Of a DNA stretch of 64,000 nt, positions 23,395 through 36,469 are shown piece by piece. A program made the translations under genes and the position numbers. The notes beneath the pieces were generated by a model. The model worked only from the letters and a program-made list of their open reading frames with translations, had not been told where the DNA came from and ran no database searches. The first letter of the stretch is position 1, and each line of letters opens with the position of its first letter. Source of the DNA: Tubulanus polymorphus (taxonomy: Eukaryota; Animalia; Nemertea); contig NC_134029.1 of NCBI RefSeq assembly GCF_964204645.1, forward strand, positions 19,462,950-19,526,949, read 5' to 3'.

Positions 23395-23825
23395 GCAGGG
23401 GGCACCGGGATAGGAGACAGAAACATGTTTCCGAGCGTTCTCCTGAAAATCGAAAATCATGTTTTCGGGAAACAGTGTTTCCGAGATTATACATGTTTGA
23501 TTCCGTGTTTCTCAGCGTCGTGTGCGTCGGGCTATGAAATATATGAAGGCATCTGCGAATAAATGGCTTCATTGTTCACTTCTGGCTTCAAGAAGAATCT
23601 CAGTGCCATAGCAAACACGGACATAAACCCTAAACACGAAGCAAAGGGCTTTTCTGACGTTTGTGTCAGCGTGAACATGATGCTCGGTTGAAAAACACGA
23701 AAAAAGTGTTTTGCGTGTTTTTGTTGCGCAGTCTGCAACACTAAAAACAAAAACCAAGAGAACGGTCTCTTCTCTCGTATCGGGCAAGAGAAAAACACCG
23801 AAACACGAAACGCTTGTTTCCATTG
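23395..23825. mobile_element. family D MITE fragments
   Basis: gcgtcgtgtgcgtcgggct end at ~23533 and many aaacacg subrepeats. Confidence 0.5.
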
Positions 23826-26148
23826 TGATGTGCTAGACAACCAAAGTTGCACTAACATACTTTTTTTTAAATTTTGAAATAGGAGTTTTCCTTCATATTT
23901 ATTTGATTGGTTGATTGGTTAGTTTATATTTGATTTGAATGTGATGTCCCTTACGAACCCACCACACCTACCCGGAACTAATCGAGTGCTTTTATTTTGA
24001 AATAGGAAATCGAAGTACAGATATAGTCGTATTAACAGAATTTTTAGTTCAAATCGAAGTACATGATTTGAAACTCGGTTCCGGTTCAAGTAAACAATCT
24101 TATACAAACAGCCTGGACCGGCAAGCGACTGCGCTATTAACTGCACACATTAACCAATCAGCGGCAACGAGTGGATCACATGACTGATCAAACCAGAATA
24201 ATCGAGAATCATCGAAACATATTTAAACAAAATCTGTTTCATGTATCGGTTTATTTCTTATTGCATGCGCTATAGGCTTCAGATGAAGTAAGGCACCGCA
24301 TCGACACTTAAGAGATTTTTCTGTTCTAAGTCTTGGTTGATTAATTCCCTTTCTGAAACACTCTGGGCTTCCCTTTTCTGGCACAATATATACAGGTATG
24401 CGTTATAACATGAAGGATAGGGATGCAATGAATGTCTTTGTTCTGATCGCTTATCTCATGGCTATCGTCTGAAAAATGTATCATGAATAGTGAAGACATA
24501 GCCATTTGCCACGAATGAGCTGAGCCTATATTGCTCCCACTTGGAATCATTTTTTTTTCAAGTTCTTGGTTTCATTTCCTATTCTAAAATGATCAGAAAA
24601 TGACACATAGATAGCGTGGAAATCGGCGTTAAATCTAGTCGTGTATCCGAGTAAAATCTCGCCGTCTCGAGCAAATACGTTCGTGACGCTCGCAACCCTC
24701 GCGTTTCGATAAATGTCACAAATTTGCCGTCTTTACAAAACGCAGATTGAATTACGAGATACATAGACTATGATGCGTTCTCCGTGCGCGATGAAATATG
24801 CCGGCGCCCGGGAATGTGTCGGCGCTGAGCGCGGTGTTTATCGCATTTCGGGATTAAACAGCTTTTGGCGAATGGCTCGTATCGGACCGATGGGACACAT
24901 TTCATCTGCGGCGCGTTCAGATCGGTTTCGAGATGAGTAATTTGTCGTCGCTGACCGGCGCGTTTTTCTCGTCGTTCGAAACGTTCGTTTTATGACGATT
25001 GTTAATCATCCGTTTACAATCGGGAATCGGGTGCGCGCGTGGAGAACGCGGTATTGTCTAATACGCGGAATTGGCCTTACTATCGTCCGCGGACAAAACC
25101 ATCTCCTTTGATGCATGTATATATGAATCCCCAAGGCGCGTGTTCATACATGTTTTCCAACATCCTGTTGATTATTGAGTATATATGGTTCCAATTCCGC
25201 GGCAATTAATGGGTATCCACGATGTTTAATTTAGCCGGGCCTCTACGCACGTACTTCACGCCGCGCGCGTGGTAGGCACCTACGACAACGAGTCGCCGAA
25301 CTGCTGCCGACGACAAATTATTTGCGGACCAAATTCTATATAGCTCGTTTATATAAAGAAATATTCATATTAACTTCATATTACCGCTCAAGCAGGCGTT
25401 AAGACCATCAAGCCACACTTTTTGCTTTTACAATACTGGCATATTGCATCCATAATGCAACCGCTTCAGTTGACATTAATGACGCGGGTTTTCTAATAAG
25501 TGCAACATTTCATGCGCGTAACATTTCTGGTTATTGGTTAGTTATTTCCAAGCAGTTTTGTTAAACGATTCGATAACAATCAACGGCGTTTTTAACGCGA
25601 CGCCTAACACGGGTATTATCTTTTTTCCGTGAAATTTGAGAGGCCCTTCGAAGCGAAGTGATGTCTTCAACGATCTTAAACGGCACATCGTGAGTTTAAG
25701 ATGTGAGAATCAGTTCGGAAAGGGTAAAATATTTAGATTCCTCGAAAGATTTGCAGGATTATAAAACGGATCATTAAAACGACAGAATGTTAACGACATA
25801 AATAAAATCACGAGTTATATGTTAGAACTTATGGACTTTCTCGAATGAGCCGAAACCAGGCGAGCGAGAACTAGTGTTTTTGAGTCATTTTGAAATTCAC
25901 AACGGATTCGATTAAAAGCGGCAACGTACCCTATGAATAATTGAGTGTGAAGTTATTTTTCTTATAACCGCGCATGGCGTCGAAATGGATGTGCCGATGT
26001 TTTATTCATGAGGATCTGGAAATCCGGGTCGTTCGTTCATAAGAAATGCATTGTGTATTTCAAATCGATAACGAGAGATATTTATTTGAATACAAAAAAA
26101 ATAACGCGGATTCATTCATGGATGTGGCAAACTGGCAAACGGATTTGT

Positions 26149-26565
26149 TTGACGCCGTAGAAACCGTTACTATAATGTTTATATACATTGATACCTAGTA
26201 TGCGTTATAATATGAGGGGTTCGTCATCAATATTGGCGTTTCAAAATAATAATTACAATTGCGTGAATTTTGGCATTTATTTTGTAACTAAATATATTTC
26301 ATAACTCTTATTCTATTTTTGATAAATTTTGACTATCATTATTCAGAGGATGTGTGCTACGTCATCAGTATATCGGGGTTAGACTGGTTGCCGGTCAATT
26401 CAATTCAATTATTGACCATAAATGCAAATCTAAAATAACTTTATTGATCATTGACCTTACATGTGTATATCATTAATATCATCTTTTCTATTGTCGACAA
26501 TATAAAGAAATATTTGTGTTGTTTCTAAAGGCGTCAATAAACTTTCAAGTTTATAGTTTTCTTGT
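26149..26565 (+). mobile_element. non-autonomous Helentron-like element (HINE/DINE-1 architecture)
   Basis: T-run + subTIR TTGACGCC...GGCGTCAA, short 3' hairpin aactt-tc-aagtt, ends cttgt; duplicated core acgtcatca(a/g)tat; (caatt)n; copies at 35911-36469, 54540-54973, 59400-59886 (-). Confidence 0.6.
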
Positions 26566-29500
26566 AATTCTTCTAGTGTAGATTTGTATCACGCAAGCCC
26601 ACATCACACACCTACACACACATGGTTAGTTGTCTTCTGTCCGCTATTTCTTAATATGAATTATTTATCCCCCGGAGCACACACACCGAGATCTTTATTG
26701 TTTTACGTTTTCGCGAAGTTGACAGAATCTGTGCGTTCCCAGCATCTCCTCGCGCCGAAGCCATTAGAGGAGCCTTTGTTTACTTTATTGACCACTATCA
26801 GGCAGACGCATTTCGAAGTTCATCCATTTCCGGAATTGTTTTCTCCGCATCCCCGCTAGCTTAGTGTTCGTATATATACGCGCAAAAAGTATTGTCATAA
26901 AGCAGTATATGCATCATACTATGTCAATGGCGCCTTAACTAATGTATTTTCTCCGTATCAGACAAATGCGAAACCTTGAATATATATTTGTATCCGTTGA
27001 AATTAATCCACAGCGAAGGTGATATTACTCAATTTGTCTAATTGAATTGGTTTGCGTTACAGGCGTGGTATTGATTGCACGATGCATTGTTTCACAAATA
27101 GGGATGGTACTGACTGTTCATATGATAGAAAAGTCATTAACACTGGAGATAGCTGGCGATCGTATGGTTGTACTAGGACATCACGATACCAGAGGACTCA
27201 TACAATTTCAAAAGTGTGATCATTCAACCGCCCATTTTCTTAAACCATGAACGTATCGGGACCATAGCCACGTCCATGTCCCAAATGGTTCATCGCCAAT
27301 GCCATTTTTCATGCCGTCAAGCTTTTGAATATTACTATGCTATGATAAGAAATAATGAGGAATTATGTAATTAGGAATTATGAACATATAGTAAATGAAG
27401 AATATAGCGATCCACTGTGTCATAATTTACAATACATGTTTGTATTATTTCGTTGAAGTATATGCCATCGTCGTATATTACCAGATCGTCTGGTGATCCA
27501 AACTAACACCATATATCTAACACATCGGCGTGGCGTTAATATTCCGCATGAACGGCAGCTGACAGGAATGCGATTTCGGTTCTCTGAAGACTGCAAAAAT
27601 CATTATACAATAATTCATTGATATAAGCTGGCGTTAGAATGGATATGCAAGAATTTTTCCCAAATGCGACCTCTCCCAGCAACATACGTACTACGGACCA
27701 TGATTATCGATGGACAATATTCGACCGTCTGGCAACGACACGGGGTAGAGATTCCAACCTATGATATCCAAATCCAGAGCAGGGGCGGATGTAGGGTCTG
27801 AGTCGGAGAGGGGTGCACCTCCGAAATATAAGGGCATCACGAAAGAAAGCTCATCGGGAAAAATAAACTCATTTTTGAAAATACAAGCTTATGAATTTAA
27901 GCTTTGTCATCAGTTTAATATATTTAACTTTGCCAAAGAATCCTGGGCAACTTGACACTTTTAGGGGTGTGCACCTACTGAGATGATCCATAAGCTATCA
28001 GGTTCGGATCCCCTGCTCACGAGAGGTTGCGGGTCGATTGGAGTTTTACTGAACGTGGTTCAGATATCCGAAACAGTTTTCGCGTGGCATTCGGGTGCTT
28101 TATAGAATTTGCTCGTTTTGAAACTTAATTGATTTATGAAACGTCACCGCAATTCACGATGAGATAGTTCAACGTCGTATGATAGATACCGAACCGAATT
28201 TGTTTCGATTTAGATATCCATTCGTTCTTATCTTTAGTGCAGATATAAGATATCCGTCTCGATTTATTACAATCGTTTTTAGAATTCAAAACAAAAATAG
28301 ATCGGACCGATTTCGACGCTAAAATCGATACATCTCAATTTGATTGAATTTCACTCCTCTATATCGTCTCGTATTCAAGAAGAATGCGATACCCGATCGA
28401 TGATAACACCCCCCTGAGGAAAAAATTCCGATTGTTCACCGAAACTAAAGATTTATTGAAATATTTCGTTCGTTCGTCGCTGGGAACTCGCAAACATAAC
28501 CGACGGAATATTCACGACACGTATGTATAGTCGGAATGGTTATGATTCAAACGGCCAAACTGGATTTGGGGCTTCGCGTATTCGGAATGACTTAATTTCA
28601 TTTATTATGCCATCTTCCGACGACTTATGACGAAATAAATGGCATATTTCTCTTGGTATTAAAACAACCTAAGGCGTCGTGTCGCTGTAAAATTGAATTT
28701 TCCGTCAAGATTCGAAGGTGAGTACCGGTTCGTCTGCGGCGTTGGCGCGCGATCAATAAAATCCAAATATCCATGTCAATTTGCCGGTGGATTGTGTCCC
28801 GTAGGGCAGATGGAAATGTCGTTTCGCTGATAATGTCAACAAGCGTTGATTTCTGGAGGAAACTCGAGATAAATTTCATATTTGCCGCAAAAAATCTATA
28901 CGTTTATTTCCGATTACTGTTGCGGCGAATTTTCGCGCCGACTTAGATTTATTGGATAGGTGCTTTTGGTGATCTTAATTTTTACGAATTTCATTACATT
29001 CATTTGAATTTATGGCCAACGGTAAACCATACTATTGCCTATATTATCCATATAACCATTTCATACGCAACTGGTGAACGTGAGCCTGTCTTCTGGCCAA
29101 TGCTGCCTAAATCAACGCTGGAAGTGGTGATAATTTCTCTCATTTCCTGACGTTGATGACCAATCATCAGCCCCGCACCAAACGCGACGAGCCACTACTG
29201 GGTCTACCGCATGGTGTAATCGGTCAACGTCGCCGCGAGCCGCTATACTTCGACAACGTTAAATCGATAAGGCGGAATCTTTCGAGTGTGATTTACTTTG
29301 AAACATTCCTGTCGGGACGACGCTGTTGACGACTGTGGCACAGGAGACTGTACCCAAAACACGATTGATTCGTATACGCTAGCTGAGAGCCATTTGACAA
29401 CTATAACATCTTAATGCCATCGTCATATAGTAAATAATTCACCAGCATGTTGACACTCGCTATCTCATAGACTGATTTCCGTCAGATTTCCTGGGTAGTA

Positions 29501-31913
29501 CTGGTTCTCCTTAACCTGACAATTCCGTTCTCTTTTTCATTGTTAACGCCAGTTCAACATCCGTAACACACTTGACTTAATAATAAAAAATTGATTCTTT
29601 TTCGGCTGAGAGTTCAACGCAGTGTGTTTCCAAAAAGGAACCCCTGAATAAGATAGTTACACTAGTAGAATATCCGTTTTCGACGGGTTGGTTGACGGGG
29701 AGACATAAACACATCAGCGTTACAGAAATAAGAAGAATAGGTGGTGACTTCCTCACTGGTAGGCTATGGGCTAGTTCACTAATTTCCTAGCAGAGGGAGA
29801 CATCTTCCAAAATGGCTGATGATGTTTTGTATTTCATTTTGTTACGATTTTCTTTTACTCAATCTAATGCCTCCTCGTATATTCACATTTTGAACTATAC
29901 TAAAAACCTTCCAAAAGTTATTTAGGACCAAGAAATTGTCACATCAACACGAGCTGACCCCGTGATGACGTGTCCTCGAAAAAACTTCCAACCAATTTAC
30001 ATAGTTATCTAGATTAGGAAGAATGTCGTCAGTCTAATACAAATCTTGTGCTCACTGGCATAGAATTAGTGGTTGGGAAAATACGTACAAGCCGGCTGGA
30101 AATTCTACTTCGTATTGTCTATATATCGGGAAGTGATCGCTGATTGAATCCTTAGTTTTGGATCCTATTTCACCGTAGAACGCTCGTCTTTGGAGAAATG
30201 GATGATTAAACATTTTAATCGCTACGTCGAAAAGTTATGAAATCACATAATGTCTCAGATTGCCGTATGGTTTATCCACCGATATTGATTCATGACTGTT
30301 TGAGATAATCTTCGAGGGTATTTTTCATTATCCGCAATTCGAGGATAACGAGGCCACGTAACGTTCGAGGCCATGCGTCTGTGGGAATCAACTACAGTTA
30401 ATCCAGCCGCCAATAGGCCTAATCCATAGATTCAAACTTAGAACTTCACACAATACTGCGAGCCATTTGAACTCGAATATCATGTAAAGTTCATTTGAAG
30501 TTTGTTACGTAGATGTCCATTCTTTATAAAGGAAAACCATCGTATCGCAGAGAATCGGCAAGTTGGATGAAATGAAGCGATACTTCACAACGATCGATGT
30601 CAATGTTTACGACGCGACCACAAATGAGTGGAAATCCAATTTTGAGTAGGCCTACATTAAAATAGAAAAGTAATCAAAAGCTTTTTTGTCATTTCGTTCA
30701 TTCTTACCACCCTAAGGTTTCATCGGGGCATTAGACTGATTCGGTTTCTCCCGTGGGCAGACCTATACTGCTCTTTCAATGGTTTTAGCTTTCTTTCTCC
30801 GGATGCCCCGCACCTTTGATCGAGCTGCTTTCTGTCAAAGGTTAATGAAACCCCGTCGCCGAAAGATGAAAGTCGTTAATCAGGAAAAAGGATTTCTTAT
30901 ACGCATCTAAGTTTCGCATAGATCGACGAACTATTAATGAGCACCGAAAGTCGATATTTGTCTTTGTAATTCGACAAAGTTGTCATAACTAAGGCGATGG
31001 AATGTGGTGATTTTTTATCATTAATTATCGAAACCTCATTAGTCGAGATAAGCGTGTGGCATTATGGCCGATCAGTTCATAATGTAATTCCATGTCCATA
31101 AAAAACGTATCACACTTTTGGAAATAGCTGTCATTATGTGGCTTTCAGTGCCATAGATTTTTTGCACACCTTCTCTCACTCTCTCTCTCTCAATTTCCCC
31201 TTGTTCTGACCTTGCGATAGAACTTTTTGCATAAGAAGTATTTCGATGTTCTCGTGTCATTGCTTTTGCACGTTACCTACAGTATCGGTCATCGACCCGT
31301 TGTTGGCTATCTTTTCCTAGGTTTTTTTTACGGTCGTCTGCCAACGATGGAGTCGAAACGGAAAATTCTTTCGATCGGAGATAACGTAACCGAAAAAAAC
31401 AGGACTGGTATATCGTACGATGGACCAGACGAACACAGATATTTCGAAGACGATGGATAATGTTGTTTGCTGGAACAACATTCACATCTGATTCACCGCA
31501 TCAGATAGTCTTCGACTATGTCTTCATTTTGTTGTTGCACTCTCGTCGGATTCGCCGTCGCATTCGCGACATTAATCATGCATCAGTAATAAAACTTGAT
31601 CTCTCGAAGGTACGGCGCCGCGTATGCAGATGGTTATAAGTGCACCGACCATGCGCCGGTTATGCATGTACTATCCCATACGCGATAGACGGAATAAAAA
31701 TTGTTTTCGTACTAGAAAACGTCTCGATAAAAAGCTTACCGAGGGTTATAGGGCTTCGTCCTGAAATCTTATTTTGCCTTTTTCTGTTTCGCTATAACGC
31801 ATCATAAAAGGAAATCGTTTTTACCTTGTGAATTAATTAATCAATGCTTTTCGGTCGATTGTCGAACCTCCGAGGTTATCGGAGAAAAAAGTCAATATGC
31901 CTTATGGCCCCAT

Positions 31914-32029
31914 AGTACGCCTGATGATGGCTAATAGCATTTAGCCGAAACGTTGCTCGAAATATAATCATTTTAATAATAGAACTTTTCATTTTTGGCT
32001 GATTTTATTGTGGGATTTTTCTCGTCATA
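31914..32029 (+). mobile_element. Penelope-like short element carrying a minimal hammerhead motif
   Basis: gccccat direct repeats 31907-31913 / 32030-32036; homologous to 49394-49637. Confidence 0.65.
31919..31956 (+). ncRNA. minimal type I hammerhead ribozyme-like motif
   Basis: CTGATGA-T-GGCTAA(tagcat)TTAGCC-GAAA-CGT-T; intact core, perfect 6-bp stem II, palindromic ACGT stem III; stem I only 2 bp. Confidence 0.55.
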
Positions 32030-35000
32030 GCCCCATTTCACAACCGATATCTTTCTCCTAGATTTGCCTGATAAACTAATTTGACGAAGAAATTAAATCA
32101 ATATTAAGCATATAAAACTGATTTCACAAGGGTGTTAAATCGATTCAGGAGCGGCATTTTCCTCAACCAACCTCTAAGTTTAATTAGAATTTGATCTAGT
32201 TTCCCAAAACAAAACAGTAGCCATCGTTATTGGCTATAAAACTACGCGGAACCTCGCAACTTTTTTTTTTCTCAAATAGATAAATCCTCGTGATTAATCT
32301 ATCATACTGACAATTACTTTATTTATCAGTTAATGAGTTGTTACTTGTTTATGATTCAATCGACTTGATGCGGGAAGAATTTGGCAGCCGTGTGCACGAC
32401 GCATGTACAATCGCTTTTCTTCGTCTTTCGGTCAGGGAAAAATTGGATAGATTCTTTCCATTCATAGACTTAGTTAATTACATCGTCTCTCGAAAAAGAT
32501 TAGTATCCGCGTAATCAGCCACTTTATCTTCATATTGACTGGAATTGTGCGTCGATGGCGCTCGTCGCTGGCGAAAAGCGAAATTGAGATGGAGCGAGTA
32601 TGGATTTTATGGATCGACCAGAGGCGGATATCTAGTCGTTCAGTCTAATTAGAAGCGGCGAGAAAACGACTTATAAATACTTGTCGCTGTTTGTCGAAAT
32701 GCGATCCGGCCGATAATCGATATTTGGGGTGGAAAACTTTTCTTTTTTTTGATCGTCCCCTCCCCTCGGAAGAACAGAAATGTCTCGGCCAACGATAGCC
32801 GCCCGAAGGCATGGATGACACCGATGATTGATATTGGAATTTCATCGTTTAGCTATTTTTGTTTCAAACGCATCTGGGATATCTTTAGAATGAAAAGTCA
32901 CCCCGTCATTTCTACCGCGGTATTACTGGTAATTTCGTAACGATGATAATAATGATTTATTTCCACAATGGATAACAACCTGAAGAGATCTACAATCTAC
33001 AACGTAAAGAGATCTACAAAAATATACGAAACATGCGACTTCGATTATTTCATTTTCGCCCAGAAATACATTGAAAAACCTTGTTCCTTCGATGACAAAT
33101 TTCAATTCTATGATATCTGAAAAGGTCCATTGTACTGATCTCAAAATACCATTTTTCGTAGATCTCAACTGACTCCGTCATGACCAGGCAGTTTGAATCC
33201 CCTGTTTCGCCCCCAGGTACAGGTGTGCTGATTTTGTAAAGGACACCGAATAAAACCTATCAAATAAGAGGGGCAATCCCTTTGAAATAGCATCAATGAG
33301 CAATGATCGATTAAACGAAAATGAATTATTCAATTTTTGTCCTAACTACTCGGATGCTGCAGCGGTGCCACTTCAGGCGTATTTTATTCTTCTAAATATG
33401 TTTCAATTCCCTAATTACCGAAGTAATCCGATATACCTTAGCTAAAGATCATAGTGCGTATACCCTGCATATATTCATAATTATGTGGAAGTTTCTATCG
33501 ACTGAGAAATTGATTAAACCTTCACCTCGTGAATGTTTAAAAGTATAGATATCAATAACTCCCGTGTTTTAAAAGCTCTGCAAACATCCTGGGGAATTTT
33601 GTATTGTTATATGCTGTTCGTTCTATTGCGCTTTGGATTATGTTTCTCAATTTCTATATCGACGAACGCGCGGAAGAACTTTTTACAGGTGAACGCAGCG
33701 ATATAAAGCCCGTTTTCTATGAAGATGCATAACCCTTCACAATAGACACAATCATAATATATGTGATGTTTTGACGATTTTGACTCAAGTTTAGCTGATA
33801 CTGGTACTTTTTGTGAGAGTAACGGTTTCGTCAACTAAGGGGTTATTGATCCAAATCCAAAGTAGTGGTGGAGTCCACTGCCCCTCGCCCTCAGAAATTA
33901 GGGGACAGAATACCGTAACTGTAACGACTTGAGTGGCCTTCCGCGAGGCGTTTAAGAATCGACAGTTTTTGTCTACGTTTTCGCATATTTGACATAAATT
34001 GTCTATTCTCAGCGGTCGCGGATAGATAGGATGGTATTGGCGATGTGTTGCCGCGGCCCCTCCTGGGAAGAAAAGTTGCCGCTTACAGCTGCTGCTATTC
34101 CTGTTTGCCACAAGTTGTAATGAGACATGCGTCGGCGTCTTCTGTCTTCGCCGGGGAGAATTTCAACAAAACTGCGGCACTCTCTCGGCGATCGATGATT
34201 ACTCGCTTGTATATACGAGCTAGGGTAAATACGCGAAAAGAACTCGCGCAATTATTGCTGGGATATTCTATCTCATCTTTGATTGCGCGCGGAGGACGGA
34301 CTCGTTCTATATCCCCGATGTTGATCCGAATCGAATCGACATCATATTGTATTATCTTACCCGGATGGTCGTGTCGTTCTATACGAAAACATTCGACGAC
34401 GTTGCTGAATTTTTGCTGCCGTTTGATTTCCTCGCTACGCAAATAGAGGGGATCAATGGTCTAGATCAAAACAAAGTAAATATACGGTTGCCATTACGTT
34501 TTTAGCCTCGGCGGTTTCCATTGATAACTTAAGTGAGTTAAAACGTACGAACCGAATCTTTGGATGTGCGTAGGCGCGGGTTCGATCGTGTCAAAGTGTA
34601 TACGCTATTTTTCTGTTACCGAGAATATGCGTTTTCGTCTTTGACATTGGCGGAACAGAATCCAAGTACTACAGTTACCCCGATCACAATTCTCATTTCC
34701 CTTTTGAATATTTCATTGTGAAGAAAAATTTCCAGCATCAAAGTAAGCTTTGAAATGAGACAAGGAATGCACGCATCCGGCGAGGCGCACCTGTCTTTCT
34801 CAATGTAATAACGGCAGGGGATTTCCAGGTTTTTTCTCGTATTTGCCACCGAACGCGTTACTGAAGTTCTTGAAAACGCTGTTTAGCTGATATTCGCTAT
34901 AAAACTATGCAAGCCTATTCCGTCTGCGAGCGAGCGAAATGCCGCCGTGAAATTCGATGCATATCAATATCGGCATCTTTGAGGTCGAGGCAGTTTGATG

Positions 35001-35910
35001 CTCTTGCAATCATTATCTAACTTGCCAAAAAGAATTATAATCTTATTTCAGACATGATAAATCATAAGACGGGCGGCTTAAGAATAAGCTGGTCTATTTT
35101 CTCGGCGACCGAGAAGGCTCGTCATATACCGCCACCCGTTTTTCGATTTTGAGTATGTAGCATATTTTGAAATTTGGCTTAAGGCAAAATTGGCGTGGAC
35201 TTCGACATAATCTGTAGTTGATGATAAAATCTCATAATCATTATGTTATATCTTTCGTATTTACTCTCAGGAATTTCTCGTTGCGATTCTAGTTACTAAC
35301 GTTCGCTGGTTTGGAGACGTACGATATCGTTAGATTAATCGTAGCATCTTTTTATTTGCCCATTACGACTCATATTGTGCATTAAGGCTGATAGCACACG
35401 GACCTCGTGGGGTAGATGTTGATATCGCTGAAACATGTTGTACTTCTTTTCTCTATTTCGGACGACTTTTGTGTTCAGTATACAAACATTCTCTGGACTC
35501 AATCACACATTTTTATCCGACGTTCGAATGGAGGTTTTCAATCTTCGACCGCGCGCGACGTCGATGATTAAAACGGGCGGCGAACTCGAGATGAACTGAA
35601 TTTCGCGATATATCTACAACTGCGATTGTTTGCCCGCAGTTCCGGCTTAAAAGGTTTCTGTAGTGGTGCTGTTTTATGCATTAAATCAACGTCTGACAAT
35701 CCGCGGGGACGTTTAAGACAATTCCCGCAGGTATTAACTCGCAGTTGCGTACACTGCATAGCGGTTGTGCGTGTGTTTGTTCTTGTATTAACGCGCGTAG
35801 AAAAACCAGGAGGCCTCGGCACATTCACCGGTTTTTACCCCTATATCCGGCGCTGCTTACCTGGATTCCGAGGTTGACAATTCCCCCGCTTTCATGAAAT
35901 GTTTTTGTTT

Positions 35911-36469
35911 TTGATGCCGTGAAAACTGTTAAAATAATGTTTTACATATTGATAACTATTATGTATGCGCGTTGGGTTCTGTGTGAGTCGATGTGCACTA
36001 CGTCATCAGTAGGCCTATTGGTGTTACGAAATTACAATAGCCATTGCGAAAATGGGCGTTTATTTCTTAATCGATTAAATTCTATTGTAATTGATTAGAT
36101 TCTACGACTCTGGACCCAGTTCCACAGTTATGAGTTACAGTTAACTCTGAGTTAGAATTAGTTCATTTTAAATGAGTTAACTCTGAGTTAAATCTTAACT
36201 CAGAACTGTGGAACTGGACCCTGTATTTCTATTTAATGAAATTTCATAATTTTCATAATGAATTAGAATATTGTGAGTGGATGTGCACTACGTCATCGAA
36301 ATTGGAGCTAGACTGGTTTCCGGCCAATTAGATCCAATTCGATATATTCACATTCAACTTTATCAATCCTTAATATTTTTTATCTATATCATAAATATAC
36401 CCTTCTCTGTCGACAATATTAAGCAAATGTGTATATGTTATTTTTCATGGCGTCATCAGGTTCTTGTTT
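35911..36469 (+). mobile_element. HINE copy with nested family A MITE (36113-36220, CTG TSD)
   Basis: homology to 26149-26565 interrupted by the MITE. Confidence 0.65.

Noticed and set aside
26962-27018. 57-nt phase 1-1 candidate exon (DKCETLNIYLYPLKLIHSEG)
   Set aside because: Weak donor, no recognisable homology; expected by chance.
33791-34446. Cluster of overlapping 80-133 aa ORFs on both strands
   Set aside because: No recognisable protein or splice structure; consistent with locally GC-richer noncoding DNA.
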